The notes beneath the pieces were generated by a model. It saw nothing but the letters and a program-made list of their open reading frames with translations, was not told the DNA's origin and searched no databases. The position numbers were made by a program, and so were the translations under genes. From Terriglobia bacterium (GTDB lineage: Bacteria; Acidobacteriota; Terriglobia; Terriglobales; Acidobacteriaceae), in the NCBI GenBank assembly GCA_963812465.1, contig CAWEVE010000012.1, positions 9,104-73,103 on the forward strand: DNA of 64,000 nucleotides, written 5' to 3'. Positions 10,201 to 20,481 of the stretch are shown in pieces (position 1 is the first letter of the stretch; every line of letters starts with the position of its first letter).

Positions 10201-11803
10201 CTACCTTCACCGGGAAACTGTCGTGTTCATTCCGCAGCAGCTTATTCAAATCCATGAGCTTGCCGCGTTTGCGCTCCCAACCCATCCAAACTCTTTCGCG
10301 CGGATTGTAGACGCGGTGGCGATGGAAGAGCAGAAACGATCCTTCCGCCTGTCCGGCGTACTTTTCGTTGAGTTCGCGAATCAACTGCGCGCAGTAGTCG
10401 ACCAGCGGATCATCCTCGCTCGAGGGTTCGCGGGAATCCGGCAGATCGGTAAGCAGCGCGAAGTGAATATTAGGATCGTGATTACCCAGAAACCGGACTT
10501 CAAGATCGTCCACCAGCCGAAGAACCTGTTCCCGCTTGAACAACAAGCTGGGAATGGCCACCAGCGTCGTGCAGTTGTACGGAACTCCGGCTGAGTAATC
10601 GAGCTTGGGAAGAATCTGCGGTTCCAGCAGGGACGTAACCAGGTAGTTCACCAACTGGATCGAACTTTGCGAACACGGCAGCAGCAACATCACCATCGAA
10701 AAAAGAATCAGTTCCGGAGAGGTATAGACGTTGGTCAGCAGCAGCACAATCGTCGACATCACCGCCAGCGTGAGCACTTCAGTGCCGGGAAGATAGAACT
10801 CGTTGGGATGCCTTCGCAGGAAGGAAGCAATTCGCTTCCCCAGGGGCGGTTGAAAGCCCACCATCTCTTGCAGCGCAGCCGCCCCATCCCCGACCAGGTA
10901 ATAGCCGACGTGCCCGAGACGTTCTTCCAGGCGCGGGTTGGCGTGTTTTTCCTGCTTTGCCGCCTGCGCCAGCGCGACTGCTTTGGCGGCGATCTCCATT
11001 TCCGTCAAATCAGAGTATTGAGCGATGTCGGCCAGTTCGGTCCGGTAGAGATCGCGGCTTTCGAAATCCATGCGTGGGTAAGCCCCGGCTGGATCCTCGC
11101 GCAGGATCCGATCGAAAAGGATGAAGGGCTCGAGAACATCTTTCCAGCCAGCCTGGCTGATGTCCCGCAGGCTGCGCACACAAACCCCGACTCCGTACGA
11201 GCCTTCGGGATCCGCCGTCAGTTTGGAACCGCGCGCCGCAATCTCTTCCAGCAAAACCAGTTTCAGGGCAGGGACCAGCGCCCAAAGTTCATGCAGCCTT
11301 AGCGGTGTGCTCTGTTGAAAGGCCTGCACATATCCGTTCAGCGTTTTTTCGCTGAACTCGTATCCGGTTGCCGCCAAATACCCCGCCGCCAGGGCCACCA
11401 CGCGCGGCGCAACCGCACCATCCGGAGTGCGCACATGGGGAATCTTTCGAACTAGCTTGAAACCCTCTTTCATTCCGCGCAGATCGGAATGCAAGAGCCG
11501 GAGGTTGTCGAACACCCAGCGAAAATCGTCCCCGACAGGTTTTTTGGGCAAGGGCCCGCGAAAGGTCGCAAGAACCGGCTTGAGCGCGCGACGCAGGGCG
11601 TTGTAACGCTCGGAAAAATATCGACTCGAATGCGTGCCCGGCAGCCAGACCAGCCGGCGCCCGAGATCGGCCGCGGCTACGCCAAGCGCGTTCAGGTCCG
11701 GTTCAGCCTCCAGGGGCGGTTCCGGCAGCCGCTCGGCTTCCGCATTGAGCATGTCGATATGGGTATCTTGCGGCATTACCTGTGAATGTTTTATTGCTCC
11801 CAA
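7270..11803 (-). pseudogene. Cyclic beta-1,2-glucan synthase-like glycosyltransferase (~1510 aa; frame break ~10015)
   Basis: ORF 9959-11803 has an N-terminal region and TM segments, plus a processive glycosyltransferase core (FVITLDADTELPRGSADRMIGAMAHP...GYGILQPRVG). ORF 7270-10053 continues that core (VSVQSASRSRLASLYSGETGFDIYTRAISDVYQDLYGEGIFAGKGIY...RRKHRWLRGDWQ). It then has about 6 TM helices and an (alpha/alpha)-barrel-type region (FNWYDTRTLEPL, GAYGFYEAADY, MAHHQGMSL) typical of Cgs/NdvB/ChvB. Confidence 0.7.
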
Positions 11804-11818
11804 ATGAGTACGCGAATG

Positions 11819-13639
11819 TCAACGATAGCTGGCAGCCTGCATTTCAAACATTTCCTTGTACCTTCCGCCCAGACTCGCCAGCTCGTCGTGACTTCCCTCT
11901 TCCGCGATTCTGCCATTTTCCAGAACTACGATGCGGTCAGCCATTCGAACGGTTGAGAATCGATGCGAAATAAAAAGCGCCATCTTGCCGGCGGTCAGTT
12001 CGGCGAAGCGCTGGAAAACTTCGAATTCGCTGCGCGCGTCGAGCGCGGCCGTGGGCTCGTCCAGAATCAGAAGCTGCGCGTCCCGCAGATAAGCCCGGGC
12101 CAGGGCAACTTTCTGCCACTCGCCCCCGGAAAGATCAACGCCAGTCTCGAACCTGCGGCCCAGCATTTGGTCGTAACCGCCCGGCAGCTTCGCGATCACC
12201 GCATCCGCCAGGCTTTTCTGGGCGGCCGCATCCAGCATTTTTAAGTCGTCGATTTCCTCAATGCGGCCCACCGCAATATTTTCCCGCGCCGTCATCTCGT
12301 ACCGCATAAAGTCTTGAAAGATAACGCCTATCTCGCGATACAGGTCTTCCAGACGATACTCTCTAAGGTCCACGCCGTCGAGCAGGACCTGGCCTTCGGT
12401 GGGATCGTAAAGCCGCGTGATCAGCTTCACGATCGTCGTCTTGCCCTCGCCGTTCTCTCCAATCAGCGCCACCCGTTCCCTGGGATGAAGATGGAAGTTC
12501 AATTTATTCAGCACCAGCCGCGAGCTTCCGGGATAGCGAAACGAAACATTGCGGAATTCAAATCCGCTGACAATCGGCCGGGGCGCAGGGAGCGCATCGG
12601 GTTTCGACTGGATGGTCGGCTTCATATCAAAGAATGCCAGCAGGTCGGTGAGGAAAAGCGCCTGGTCGGCAATCCCTGAAAGAGTGGAAAAAATCTGCTG
12701 CAGGTTGTTGCTGGCCTGCAAGATCGCGCCGGAGAGCAGATACCACAGTCCGATGCTGTAAACGCCGGTTACGGTCCGCCAGATAACAAACACATAAGCT
12801 GAGTAGTAGCCGACGTATGCAATCAACGAGAGGAACGCGCCGGCGATTAACTTCCGCCGCGACAAAGCTACATTTTCGTCGTAGATCCCGTCCGACAAGC
12901 TGGTAAAGCGCTGGGTCAGAAACTTGCTGAGTCCAAATAACTTGAGTTCCTTGGCGGCCTCTTTGCTGCCTCCGATCAAGCGCAGATAATCCAGCTGCCT
13001 GCGGACCGGCGTCTGGCGAAAATTCTTGGCATAGCCCAGAAACGCGAAGTGACTTTCCCCCAGGAATGCCGGCAACACTCCCGCAATCAGCAACAACATC
13101 AACCACGGCGAATAAACAATGATGGTGACCGACAGAGTAACGGTCGTGATCACCAGTTGGATAAGCCGCCCGATTTGCTGAATCATCCCCAGGCGGTCAG
13201 TCGCCTGCACCCGCGCCCGTTCCAGCCGGTCGTAAAATACCGGGTCTTCATAAGCGATCAGGTCCAGTTCCGCCGCGTGTTTCATCACCTGAATGCTGAC
13301 GTACCGGGTGTACTTGTCAGCCAGCAGGGAGTCCGAATAGTCGATCGTCCGGGCCAGAATGCCACTTAAGACCGCGAGGGAGAACTCAGCCGCGACCAGC
13401 CACCAAAGTCGTGGCGGCACCGCCTGACCGGCAGTGCGGCTGTGTACGATCGTGTCGACGATCAGCTTTGGAATCCACAGCAGCGCAAGGGGAAGTAGAG
13501 CAGCGAAGAGACGGGCAACCAGGCCGAAAATCACCACCCCGGGTCCAGACTGCCACACGATCTTTAAAACAGGCGGCGTATTCCGGAGCGCGGCCAGCCG
13601 CTCCTGCCAACTACTCCAGAACCCTCGTTGTTCCGCCAT
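11819..13639 (-). CDS. ABC exporter, fused permease/ATPase (MsbA/NdvA-like)
   Basis: 606 aa with an N-terminal 6-TM exporter domain. Walker A GENGEGKTT, signature LSGGEWQKVALAR, Walker B LLILDEPTAALD. The stop is 15 nt upstream of the glucan-synthase-like gene. Confidence 0.9.
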   Translation of the reverse strand: MAEQRGFWSSWQERLAALRNTPPVLKIVWQSGPGVVIFGLVARLFAALLPLALLWIPKLIVDTIVHSRTAGQAVPPRLWWLVAAEFSLAVLSGILARTIDYSDSLLADKYTRYVSIQVMKHAAELDLIAYEDPVFYDRLERARVQATDRLGMIQQIGRLIQLVITTVTLSVTIIVYSPWLMLLLIAGVLPAFLGESHFAFLGYAKNFRQTPVRRQLDYLRLIGGSKEAAKELKLFGLSKFLTQRFTSLSDGIYDENVALSRRKLIAGAFLSLIAYVGYYSAYVFVIWRTVTGVYSIGLWYLLSGAILQASNNLQQIFSTLSGIADQALFLTDLLAFFDMKPTIQSKPDALPAPRPIVSGFEFRNVSFRYPGSSRLVLNKLNFHLHPRERVALIGENGEGKTTIVKLITRLYDPTEGQVLLDGVDLREYRLEDLYREIGVIFQDFMRYEMTARENIAVGRIEEIDDLKMLDAAAQKSLADAVIAKLPGGYDQMLGRRFETGVDLSGGEWQKVALARAYLRDAQLLILDEPTAALDARSEFEVFQRFAELTAGKMALFISHRFSTVRMADRIVVLENGRIAEEGSHDELASLGGRYKEMFEMQAASYR

Positions 13640-13848
13640 GCATGAATCCTAAACAACTTCGGGAGTTTCTTGAAGTCATTCCCAAAAGCAGCCAATTCAA
13701 GGTCCGGATGGTCGAAGCGAACCGCCAAGAGCGGACTGCCCTAGGGTTTTCGCGTTGTTGGCGAAGAGAAGCGATGGCCAGCCCGGACAATAGATGCCGC
13801 CGTAGGCATTAAGGTTTGTCGTGCCATAGACTTACGCCAAAAACGCAG

Positions 13849-14634
13849 CTACGCGTGTTCCTCTAATACGACATTCGGACCGGCAAGAAAGCCGCCATCC
13901 AGAACCAGACTTTGCCCGGTCATGAACCCGGCCGCGCTCGAACACATCCACAAAACCGCCTCGGCCACCTCGATGGGCTTCCCAAATCGGCCGATGGGGT
14001 GAAGTCCAAGCGACACCTTCTGGGCCTCGGGTGCGCCAAACAAGCGATCAGCCATCGGGGTCTCGATGACTGCGGGGCAGACCACGTTGACTCTGATGCC
14101 GTTTCCTGCGACCTCGATAGCGGCGGCCTTGGTCAGCCCGATGACGCCATGCTTCGTGGCCGAATAGGTCGTGGTTCCACGGCCTCCGATGAAGCCGGCA
14201 ACCGAAGAGTTGTTGACGATCGCGCCCGCCCGGCCTTGCTTCAGCATCTGCCGAATCTCAAATTTCACGCAAAGCCATGTGCCTTTGAGATTGATGTCAA
14301 CGGTTCGATCCCAATCCTCTTCAGTCTGTTCAGTGATGGGAGCCCAGTTACCTTCAATACCTGCATTGTTGAATGCGCAATCCAGTCCGCCAAAAGCTGC
14401 GACTGTCTTTTCGATGAGACTCTCGACATCTGACGCCCGCGACACGTCCGTTTTAACGAACAGCCCTTCGCCCCCGGCGCTCCGGATCAGATCGATCGTG
14501 GCTTTGCCTTCAACTTCCCGCCGGCCGGCGACCACCACTTTCGCGCCCCGTTTCGCGAAGAGCACCGAGGTTTCGCGTCCGATACCCGAAGTTCCGCCTG
14601 TGACCAAGGCCACTTTCCCTGTGAATTCAGACAT
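13849..14634 (-). CDS. SDR family oxidoreductase
   Basis: 261 aa. Motifs TGGTSGIG, NNAG and YSATK are the classical short-chain dehydrogenase signature. Confidence 0.9.
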   Translation of the reverse strand: MSEFTGKVALVTGGTSGIGRETSVLFAKRGAKVVVAGRREVEGKATIDLIRSAGGEGLFVKTDVSRASDVESLIEKTVAAFGGLDCAFNNAGIEGNWAPITEQTEEDWDRTVDINLKGTWLCVKFEIRQMLKQGRAGAIVNNSSVAGFIGGRGTTTYSATKHGVIGLTKAAAIEVAGNGIRVNVVCPAVIETPMADRLFGAPEAQKVSLGLHPIGRFGKPIEVAEAVLWMCSSAAGFMTGQSLVLDGGFLAGPNVVLEEHA

Positions 14635-14840
14635 CCGCCATCTCCGGCTCCGAAATTGAAGAAAAGGTTATCAAGGAGCCAATCCAGAAGAGATGACTAT
14701 ACGCGAACTTCAGGACCTCGGCGCAGCCTGGCGAAACGCACAACTCAGATGGACGGCGCGAAGGTCGCCGAAGCAACAGCGGTAGGATTTTTCCGCAAAC
14801 TGAATCACAAACGAAGGTCCGACCCAACACGATAAAGCGC

Positions 14841-14993
14841 TCAGTCCACAGCCTGCAGCGAATCCGGATAAAGGTCCCTGGATCGCGTCTCCAATTCGCG
14901 GTTGAGTTTCTCGATCAGCTTCATCAGCTTCTCGGGATCCTGTTCATCGCGAGCCGCTTGTGCCAGTTTTCTCCAATCGTCACGGACCGGCAT
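14841..14993 (-). CDS. Small conserved protein (50 aa), paralogue of 32001-32153
   Basis: Internal ATG of track ORF 14841-15269, with an AGGAGG RBS 7 nt upstream. MPVRDDWRKLAQAARDEQDPEKLMKLIEKLNRELETRSRDL shares the D-W..LA..A..E.DPEKLM.LI..LNR.L core with the second copy. Confidence 0.6.
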   Translation of the reverse strand: MPVRDDWRKLAQAARDEQDPEKLMKLIEKLNRELETRSRDLYPDSLQAVD

Positions 14994-15032
14994 ACGCAAC
15001 CTCCTGGGAAGGTTTGGGCCCGCCTCCGTCAG

Positions 15033-15048
15033 TGCAGTTCTTCTGCCA
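15033..15048 (-). promoter_or_regulatory. Candidate sigma-54 (-24/-12) promoter
   Basis: The minus strand reads TGGCAG-AAGAA-CTGCA, with correct GG-N10-GC spacing. It lies about 40 nt upstream of the small-ORF ATG at 14993. Confidence 0.45.
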
Positions 15049-15351
15049 AAGTGGCAGCCTGTGTATTTTGTGCGGTTTATGGATATCTGCCAGCCGTAGG
15101 TTCGGCAAATAATCGCGTCAATCGGGAAATTCGTTCCTACGCCGCGTTGCTGAAATTCAAACGTGCGAACCGCGGCTTTTATCAATCGGATACACAATTT
15201 CGATTGGACTTGATTTGCGATTGGCGGGTAGAGTCCTCGCCAGGAAGCCCAGTCGTAACCTAGTCGCACCCAAGCTCAGCATTTACACTGAATAGGGCGT
15301 GGATGATCGCGCCCTGATCCTAATTCGAGCCCTGACGAAAGAATTCAAAAC

Positions 15352-18012
15352 ATGATCCATCCTGCCCCTGCGCAAGATGACAGTTATGTCCTGACTTTGG
15401 AAGAGATCGGCAACCTGGCAGCCGAAGGCGGCAAGCCTGCCGAGACTCTGATGAATGTCGTGGCCTTGATTGCCAAGCGCTTTCAGACCGACGTTTGTTC
15501 GGTGTACCTGCTGGAACCGGACCGGGCCAACCTGGTGCTGGCCGCGACCGTCGGCCTTCGCCCGCAGTGCATCGGCACCCTTCGCATGGCCATCCACGAA
15601 GGCCTGGCCGGCCTGGTTGCCGAGCAGGTGCGTCCGGTCTCCGAGGAACACGCCAACAAGCACCCCCGCTTCAAATATTTCAGCGAAGCCGGCGAAGACG
15701 ATTACCAGTCTTTTCTGGGAGTTCCCCTGATCGATCGCGGAGTCCTGCAGGGAGTGTTGGTGGTTCAAACCATCTCGCCCCGGGTTTTTCGCGAGGATGA
15801 AGTCCGCATGCTGACCCAGGCTGCCGCCCAGGTGGCACCCGCGGTCAGCGAAGCCCGCACCCTGGATCGTTTCATCGCTCCCGCCCAGGAACGGCTTTGG
15901 GCGCTGGCTCGCAATTTATGGTGGTGCTGGGATCACGACACCAGCAGCCTGTTCCGCGACATCGATCCGATGCGCTGGAGGCAGGTCAACCACAATCCGA
16001 TCGCGCTGCTCTCGGAAATTCCTCTCGCCGTGATGGAACGCCGCGCCCGCGAATTAGTGCTGCATGGCCGCATCAATTACGCCTATCGCCGGCAGCGCGA
16101 ATATCTCGATGCCGATCGCACCTGGGGAGCCCGGCACGCAGGCGTACTACGGCCTCGCCCGGTGGCGTACTTCTCGGCTGAATTTGGTTTGCACGTCTCC
16201 ATCCCCGAATACTCCGGCGGATTGGGTGTGCTCGCCGGCGATCACATCAAGAGCGCTTCTGATCTGGGGATTCCTCTGATCGGCATCGGCTTGTTCTATG
16301 GCCAGGGATATTTTCGCCAGCGCCTCGACCGCACCGGCTGGCAGCAAGAGGAATACATCCAGACCGACGTCAACCAATTACCCATGGAAGCGGCGATTGG
16401 AATTAACGGCGAACCGGTGGTCCTGCAGGTGGAGACCCGCGGCGGCCCCATTCGCGCCAAAGTCTGGCGCATGAAAGTGGGACGCTGTGATCTGCTTCTG
16501 CTGGACTCCAATATCGAAGGCAACCACCCCGAGGATCGCGAATTAACCTCACGGCTGTATGGCGGAGATTCGCGCATCCGCGTCCGCCAGGAATTGCTGC
16601 TGGGCGTCGGAGGTTTCCGCGCCCTCAGAGCCATGGGCATCACGCCCGGCGTTCTGCACCTGAATGAAGGCCACAGCGGCTTCGCGGTGCTGGAGGCCAT
16701 TCGCAGTCGCATGCAGGATGAGGGAATCAGCTTTGATCAGGCCATGCCCCGGGTTTCCCGCGAAGTGGTCTTTACCACTCACACTCCAGTGCCCGCCGGC
16801 CATGATCGCTTCTACGCCGAACTGATGGAAGAACATCTGGGACCTCTGCGCGAAGCCCTGGGTATTTCCGCAGACCGCCTGATGGAGCTGGGCCGGGAAA
16901 ATCCCGGCAACCGCAACGAGGATTTCTGCATGACCGTGCTGGGCCTGAAACTGTCGCGGCGCGCCAATGCGGTCTCCGCGCTGCACGGCGAGGTTTCTCG
17001 CGCCATGTGGACGGGCCTCTATCCCGGCAAGCCCGAGGACGAAGTTCCCATCGGGCACATCACCAACGGCGTACACGTTCCGTCCTGGCTGGCGCCGCAA
17101 ATGTTTCGTCTGTACGACCGTCATTTCGGAACCGGATGGCAGGAGAACAGCGCCGATCCCGAAATCTGGGAAGGCATCGAGAATGTGGACGACGGCGAAC
17201 TCTGGGAGACCCATCTCCACCTGAAATCGCGGCTGCTCGACTTTGTGCGCCACCGGGTGGTGGAGCAGGCGGAGCGGCGCGGCGAATCGGCGGAAATGCT
17301 GCAACGACTGGGCCGCGTCCTCAGCCCGGACGCGCTCACCATCGGCTTCGCCCGCCGCTTTGCCACTTACAAGCGCGCCGATCTGATCCTGGCCGACATC
17401 GAAAAACTCACATCCATGGTGAACGACGCCAAGCGGCCAGTGCAGTTCATCTTCGCCGGCAAGGCGCATCCCCGCGACGAACCCGGCAAGAAGATGCTGC
17501 AGCAGATCGCCAAGCTGATGCGCCACATGGAGTTTGCCGACAAGTTCGTTTTTGTCGAGGACTACGACATCAACGTCGGACGCCATTTCGTTCAGGGCGT
17601 GGATGTATGGCTCAATAATCCCCGGCGCCCGCTGGAAGCCTCCGGCACCAGCGGACAAAAAGTGGTTCTGAACGGCGGCCTCAACCTTTCGGTGCTGGAT
17701 GGCTGGTGGGCGGAAGCCTATGACGGGCTGAACGGGTTCGCCATCGGCACCGGCAGAACTCACTCCAACATGAGTATTCACGACACCCGCGACGGAGAGG
17801 ATCTATACCGGGTTCTGCGCGAAGAAGTGATTCCACTCTACTTCGATCGCGATCGCGACGGCTTGCCGCGAGGCTGGATCAAACGCATGAAGCGCACCAT
17901 CCGCACCTTGGGCTGGCGCTTCAACGCCAATCGCATGGTGATGGATTATGTTCTGAAATGCTATGTGCCTGCGGCCGGCGGCACGTCCAGCAACTTGCGC
18001 AAGAAAGTGTAG
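15352..18012 (+). CDS. glgP: Alpha-glucan (glycogen/maltodextrin) phosphorylase with N-terminal GAF domain
   Basis: 886 aa. Residues ~1-175 are GAF-like (DVCSVYLLEPDRANLVLAATVGL...FLGVPLIDRGVLQGVLVVQT). The rest is the alpha-glucan phosphorylase family (YFSAEFGLH, GGLGVLAGDH), including the PLP-lysine motif EASGTSGQK. Confidence 0.9.
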   Translation: MIHPAPAQDDSYVLTLEEIGNLAAEGGKPAETLMNVVALIAKRFQTDVCSVYLLEPDRANLVLAATVGLRPQCIGTLRMAIHEGLAGLVAEQVRPVSEEHANKHPRFKYFSEAGEDDYQSFLGVPLIDRGVLQGVLVVQTISPRVFREDEVRMLTQAAAQVAPAVSEARTLDRFIAPAQERLWALARNLWWCWDHDTSSLFRDIDPMRWRQVNHNPIALLSEIPLAVMERRARELVLHGRINYAYRRQREYLDADRTWGARHAGVLRPRPVAYFSAEFGLHVSIPEYSGGLGVLAGDHIKSASDLGIPLIGIGLFYGQGYFRQRLDRTGWQQEEYIQTDVNQLPMEAAIGINGEPVVLQVETRGGPIRAKVWRMKVGRCDLLLLDSNIEGNHPEDRELTSRLYGGDSRIRVRQELLLGVGGFRALRAMGITPGVLHLNEGHSGFAVLEAIRSRMQDEGISFDQAMPRVSREVVFTTHTPVPAGHDRFYAELMEEHLGPLREALGISADRLMELGRENPGNRNEDFCMTVLGLKLSRRANAVSALHGEVSRAMWTGLYPGKPEDEVPIGHITNGVHVPSWLAPQMFRLYDRHFGTGWQENSADPEIWEGIENVDDGELWETHLHLKSRLLDFVRHRVVEQAERRGESAEMLQRLGRVLSPDALTIGFARRFATYKRADLILADIEKLTSMVNDAKRPVQFIFAGKAHPRDEPGKKMLQQIAKLMRHMEFADKFVFVEDYDINVGRHFVQGVDVWLNNPRRPLEASGTSGQKVVLNGGLNLSVLDGWWAEAYDGLNGFAIGTGRTHSNMSIHDTRDGEDLYRVLREEVIPLYFDRDRDGLPRGWIKRMKRTIRTLGWRFNANRMVMDYVLKCYVPAAGGTSSNLRKKV

Positions 18013-18092
18013 GGGTGGGGCTTCAGCCGCGTGAGATACGTCGGGAGATCGTCGCAAGGATTACCTGGCCGCACTTGCCGACGGCTCTTTAG

Positions 18093-19423
18093 TCAGCGGA
18101 CACTTCGAGGATTGTTCCGTCGTTCCGAACGCGGCATTTTGGCCAGAACCTGGGTTCCCTGGCCATCGCAATCCATTTCTAACTGGCCGCCAAGTTCGTG
18201 TATTCGCTCGCGCATTCCCGCCAAACCCACGCCCCCGCCCGCCTGATTGCGGTGAAAACGATCGAGGACCTCTGCCGGGATACCCTTGCCGTAGTCCCTT
18301 ACCCGCAAAACTACTTCGTCGCGATACAAACGCAAGGAAACATCCGCCTTCGAGCTCTTGGAATGACGATGAACATTGGTCAGGCTTTCCTGCAGCACCC
18401 GAAACAATGCCAGCTCCAGAGTTCCAGGCAGCCGTCCGAAATCTTCCGGGATGTCCAGGCGGGTGGAAATGCCGCTGCGTTTGGCGAAGCCTTCCACATA
18501 CCATCGCGCCGCCGAGGCAAAACCGGTTTCGTCCAGCAGCGGGGGATGCAGCAGATGAGAGATGGTGCGAGTCTCGGTCATCGCCTCGTCCAGCAGCTTC
18601 ATGGACTCCGAAATGAGCGAGTTGGGCGCCACCGAGTTGCTCAGCATGGTCAAATTCATCTTTACGCCCACCAGATATTGACCCAGGCTGTCGTGCAGTT
18701 CACGGGAAAATTTCCGGCGTTCCTGATCCTGCAGTTCCAGCAAACGCACGCTGAGCGAGCGCAGCGAAACCTCGGCTTGCTCTCGCGCCCGCAATTCGGT
18801 GTTGAGCAGCCGGTAGTGGAAAAAGAAAAGGGCAAGCACCACCAGGAAAGCGGTGCACAGGATGTAGGCGGTCAGGTGGAATAACCGCTCCGAGTGCTGC
18901 TGGCGCTGATCCAAGAAGCTGTTGTTCTTCATCCTGCATCTTCTGCAAAAGCAAATCCGCTTCCGCCGAAGCGTTGATGATTTCCTCCCGCAATCGCGCC
19001 TGCTCGCGAGCGTCGGGGGCTCCGCCTTGTTTCAACTGAATCGATTGGTTCAACAGGCCCAACCTGCGATTGGTAACGTCTTCCAGATGCTTCCAGTCTT
19101 CTTGCCGCGTGGGATTGTCCGCGGTAAGTTGCCGGAGCCGCTGCAATTTCGCGGGAACGTCTCCGGCTGCGGATTGATAGTCCTGGAGAAACGAATCTTC
19201 TCCGGTATCGACGTACCGGGTGCGGGCTCGTCCCGCCCTCGAGCTCACAGTTGTTCAGGTCGGCGAGGGTGGACTGAACGTCGCGGGTGTGGCTCACCCA
19301 TTTCTGCGCGTCACGAAGCCGGACCACTGCATCGTAGGTCGCCAGTCCGCAAAGCAGCAGTAATACCACTGCTGAGCCGAACGCCAGTTGCATCCTTGTC
19401 CGTCGCGACACTTGTTTGTTCAC
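18093..19423 (-). pseudogene. CHASE3-domain sensor histidine kinase, NarL/HisKA_3 type (frame breaks ~18930 and ~19231)
   Basis: Built from three ORFs. 18929-19423: TM segment plus the CHASE3 start (WVSHTRDVQSTLADL). 18700-19248: RTRYVDTGEDSFLQDYQ...LLLQKMQDEE. 18093-18932: second TM, H-box ELHDSLGQYL and the ATPase motifs DYGKGIP and GVGLAGMRER. Confidence 0.85.
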
Positions 19424-19672
19424 AGGCCCTTGTCTCGGAGGTCCAAACCGGAATGCACCTTAGCTAACCCACCGCCCCAAACCGCGTAATTTGCACCTGA
19501 TCGCAGACAAGAAGAGTTTATATCAATTCAGGCAGGCGGAAGAACCAGCGGGGGTCGCAAAGCGAACGAAGGACGAGGCAAAGTCGGCAGCGATTCGGTC
19601 ATTGGTCGAATCTGCCTGTTATCGACAATCGAGGCAGAAAAGAACCTGGAGAACGGGAATGGATTGCGGAAG

Positions 19673-20338
19673 CTAGTCGTGGAGAACAACATTAAGCAGC
19701 GAGCTATGGACTTGCAGCCCGCCGTTGTAGTGAATAAATCCCAATTTTCTGAACCGGTTCATGAAGAAGCTTACCCGGGAGCGGGTTGTGCCGATCATCT
19801 CTGCGAGGGTCTCCTGGCTGATCTTGGGAACGACCGTCTCGGGCGTCCCTTCTTTGCCAAAATGAGCGAGCAGCAAAAGGGTCCGGGCCAGCCTTTTTTC
19901 GCTGGAATTAAATAGATGATCGACCAGATCTTCTTCGTATCGGATGTTCCGCGCCAACAAGTGGGCCACGAACAAGTCGGACAATTCGTGTTCCCGATGG
20001 AGCGCTTGCATCATGGCCTTCTTATCGATTCGCAGAATAGCGCAATCCGTCATCGCGGCCGCAGACCCCATGCGAAGAGGCTGACCGGCCAGCGCACCTT
20101 CACCGAAGAACTCGCCCTCCCCTAATATGCCAATGGTTGCTTCTTTGCCATCATTGGACACGACCGTGAGTCTTACCTTGCCGGTCTGGACATAAAACAC
20201 TGCGTCAGTGGGATCCCCTTGAGCAAAGATTGTTTGCTTCGCTGGAAAAGTCACAATCTTCCTGCCCTCGCCGATGGTGGCGAGGAACGCATGAGGGTCA
20301 AAATCGCGTCTCTTCTTAGCCGCTGCACGGGGTCCCAT
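19673..20338 (-). CDS. Crp/Fnr family transcriptional regulator
   Basis: 221 aa with a cNMP-binding-like barrel (FFGEGALAG) and a C-terminal HTH (ETLAEMIGTTRSRVSFFMNRFRKLGFI). Confidence 0.9.
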   Translation of the reverse strand: MGPRAAAKKRRDFDPHAFLATIGEGRKIVTFPAKQTIFAQGDPTDAVFYVQTGKVRLTVVSNDGKEATIGILGEGEFFGEGALAGQPLRMGSAAAMTDCAILRIDKKAMMQALHREHELSDLFVAHLLARNIRYEEDLVDHLFNSSEKRLARTLLLLAHFGKEGTPETVVPKISQETLAEMIGTTRSRVSFFMNRFRKLGFIHYNGGLQVHSSLLNVVLHD

Positions 20339-20481
20339 TAGTATTCTGCCGTTGCAGTAATATCACATGCGAATTTTGATGGTCTGTTGGGCATCACACA
20401 TATGCCGAAGAGTTTTTTGTTCGTTCGCACGCCCGACAAACACTTTATAATCTCGCCGCCAAACACGGGTAAGCAGGGTTC

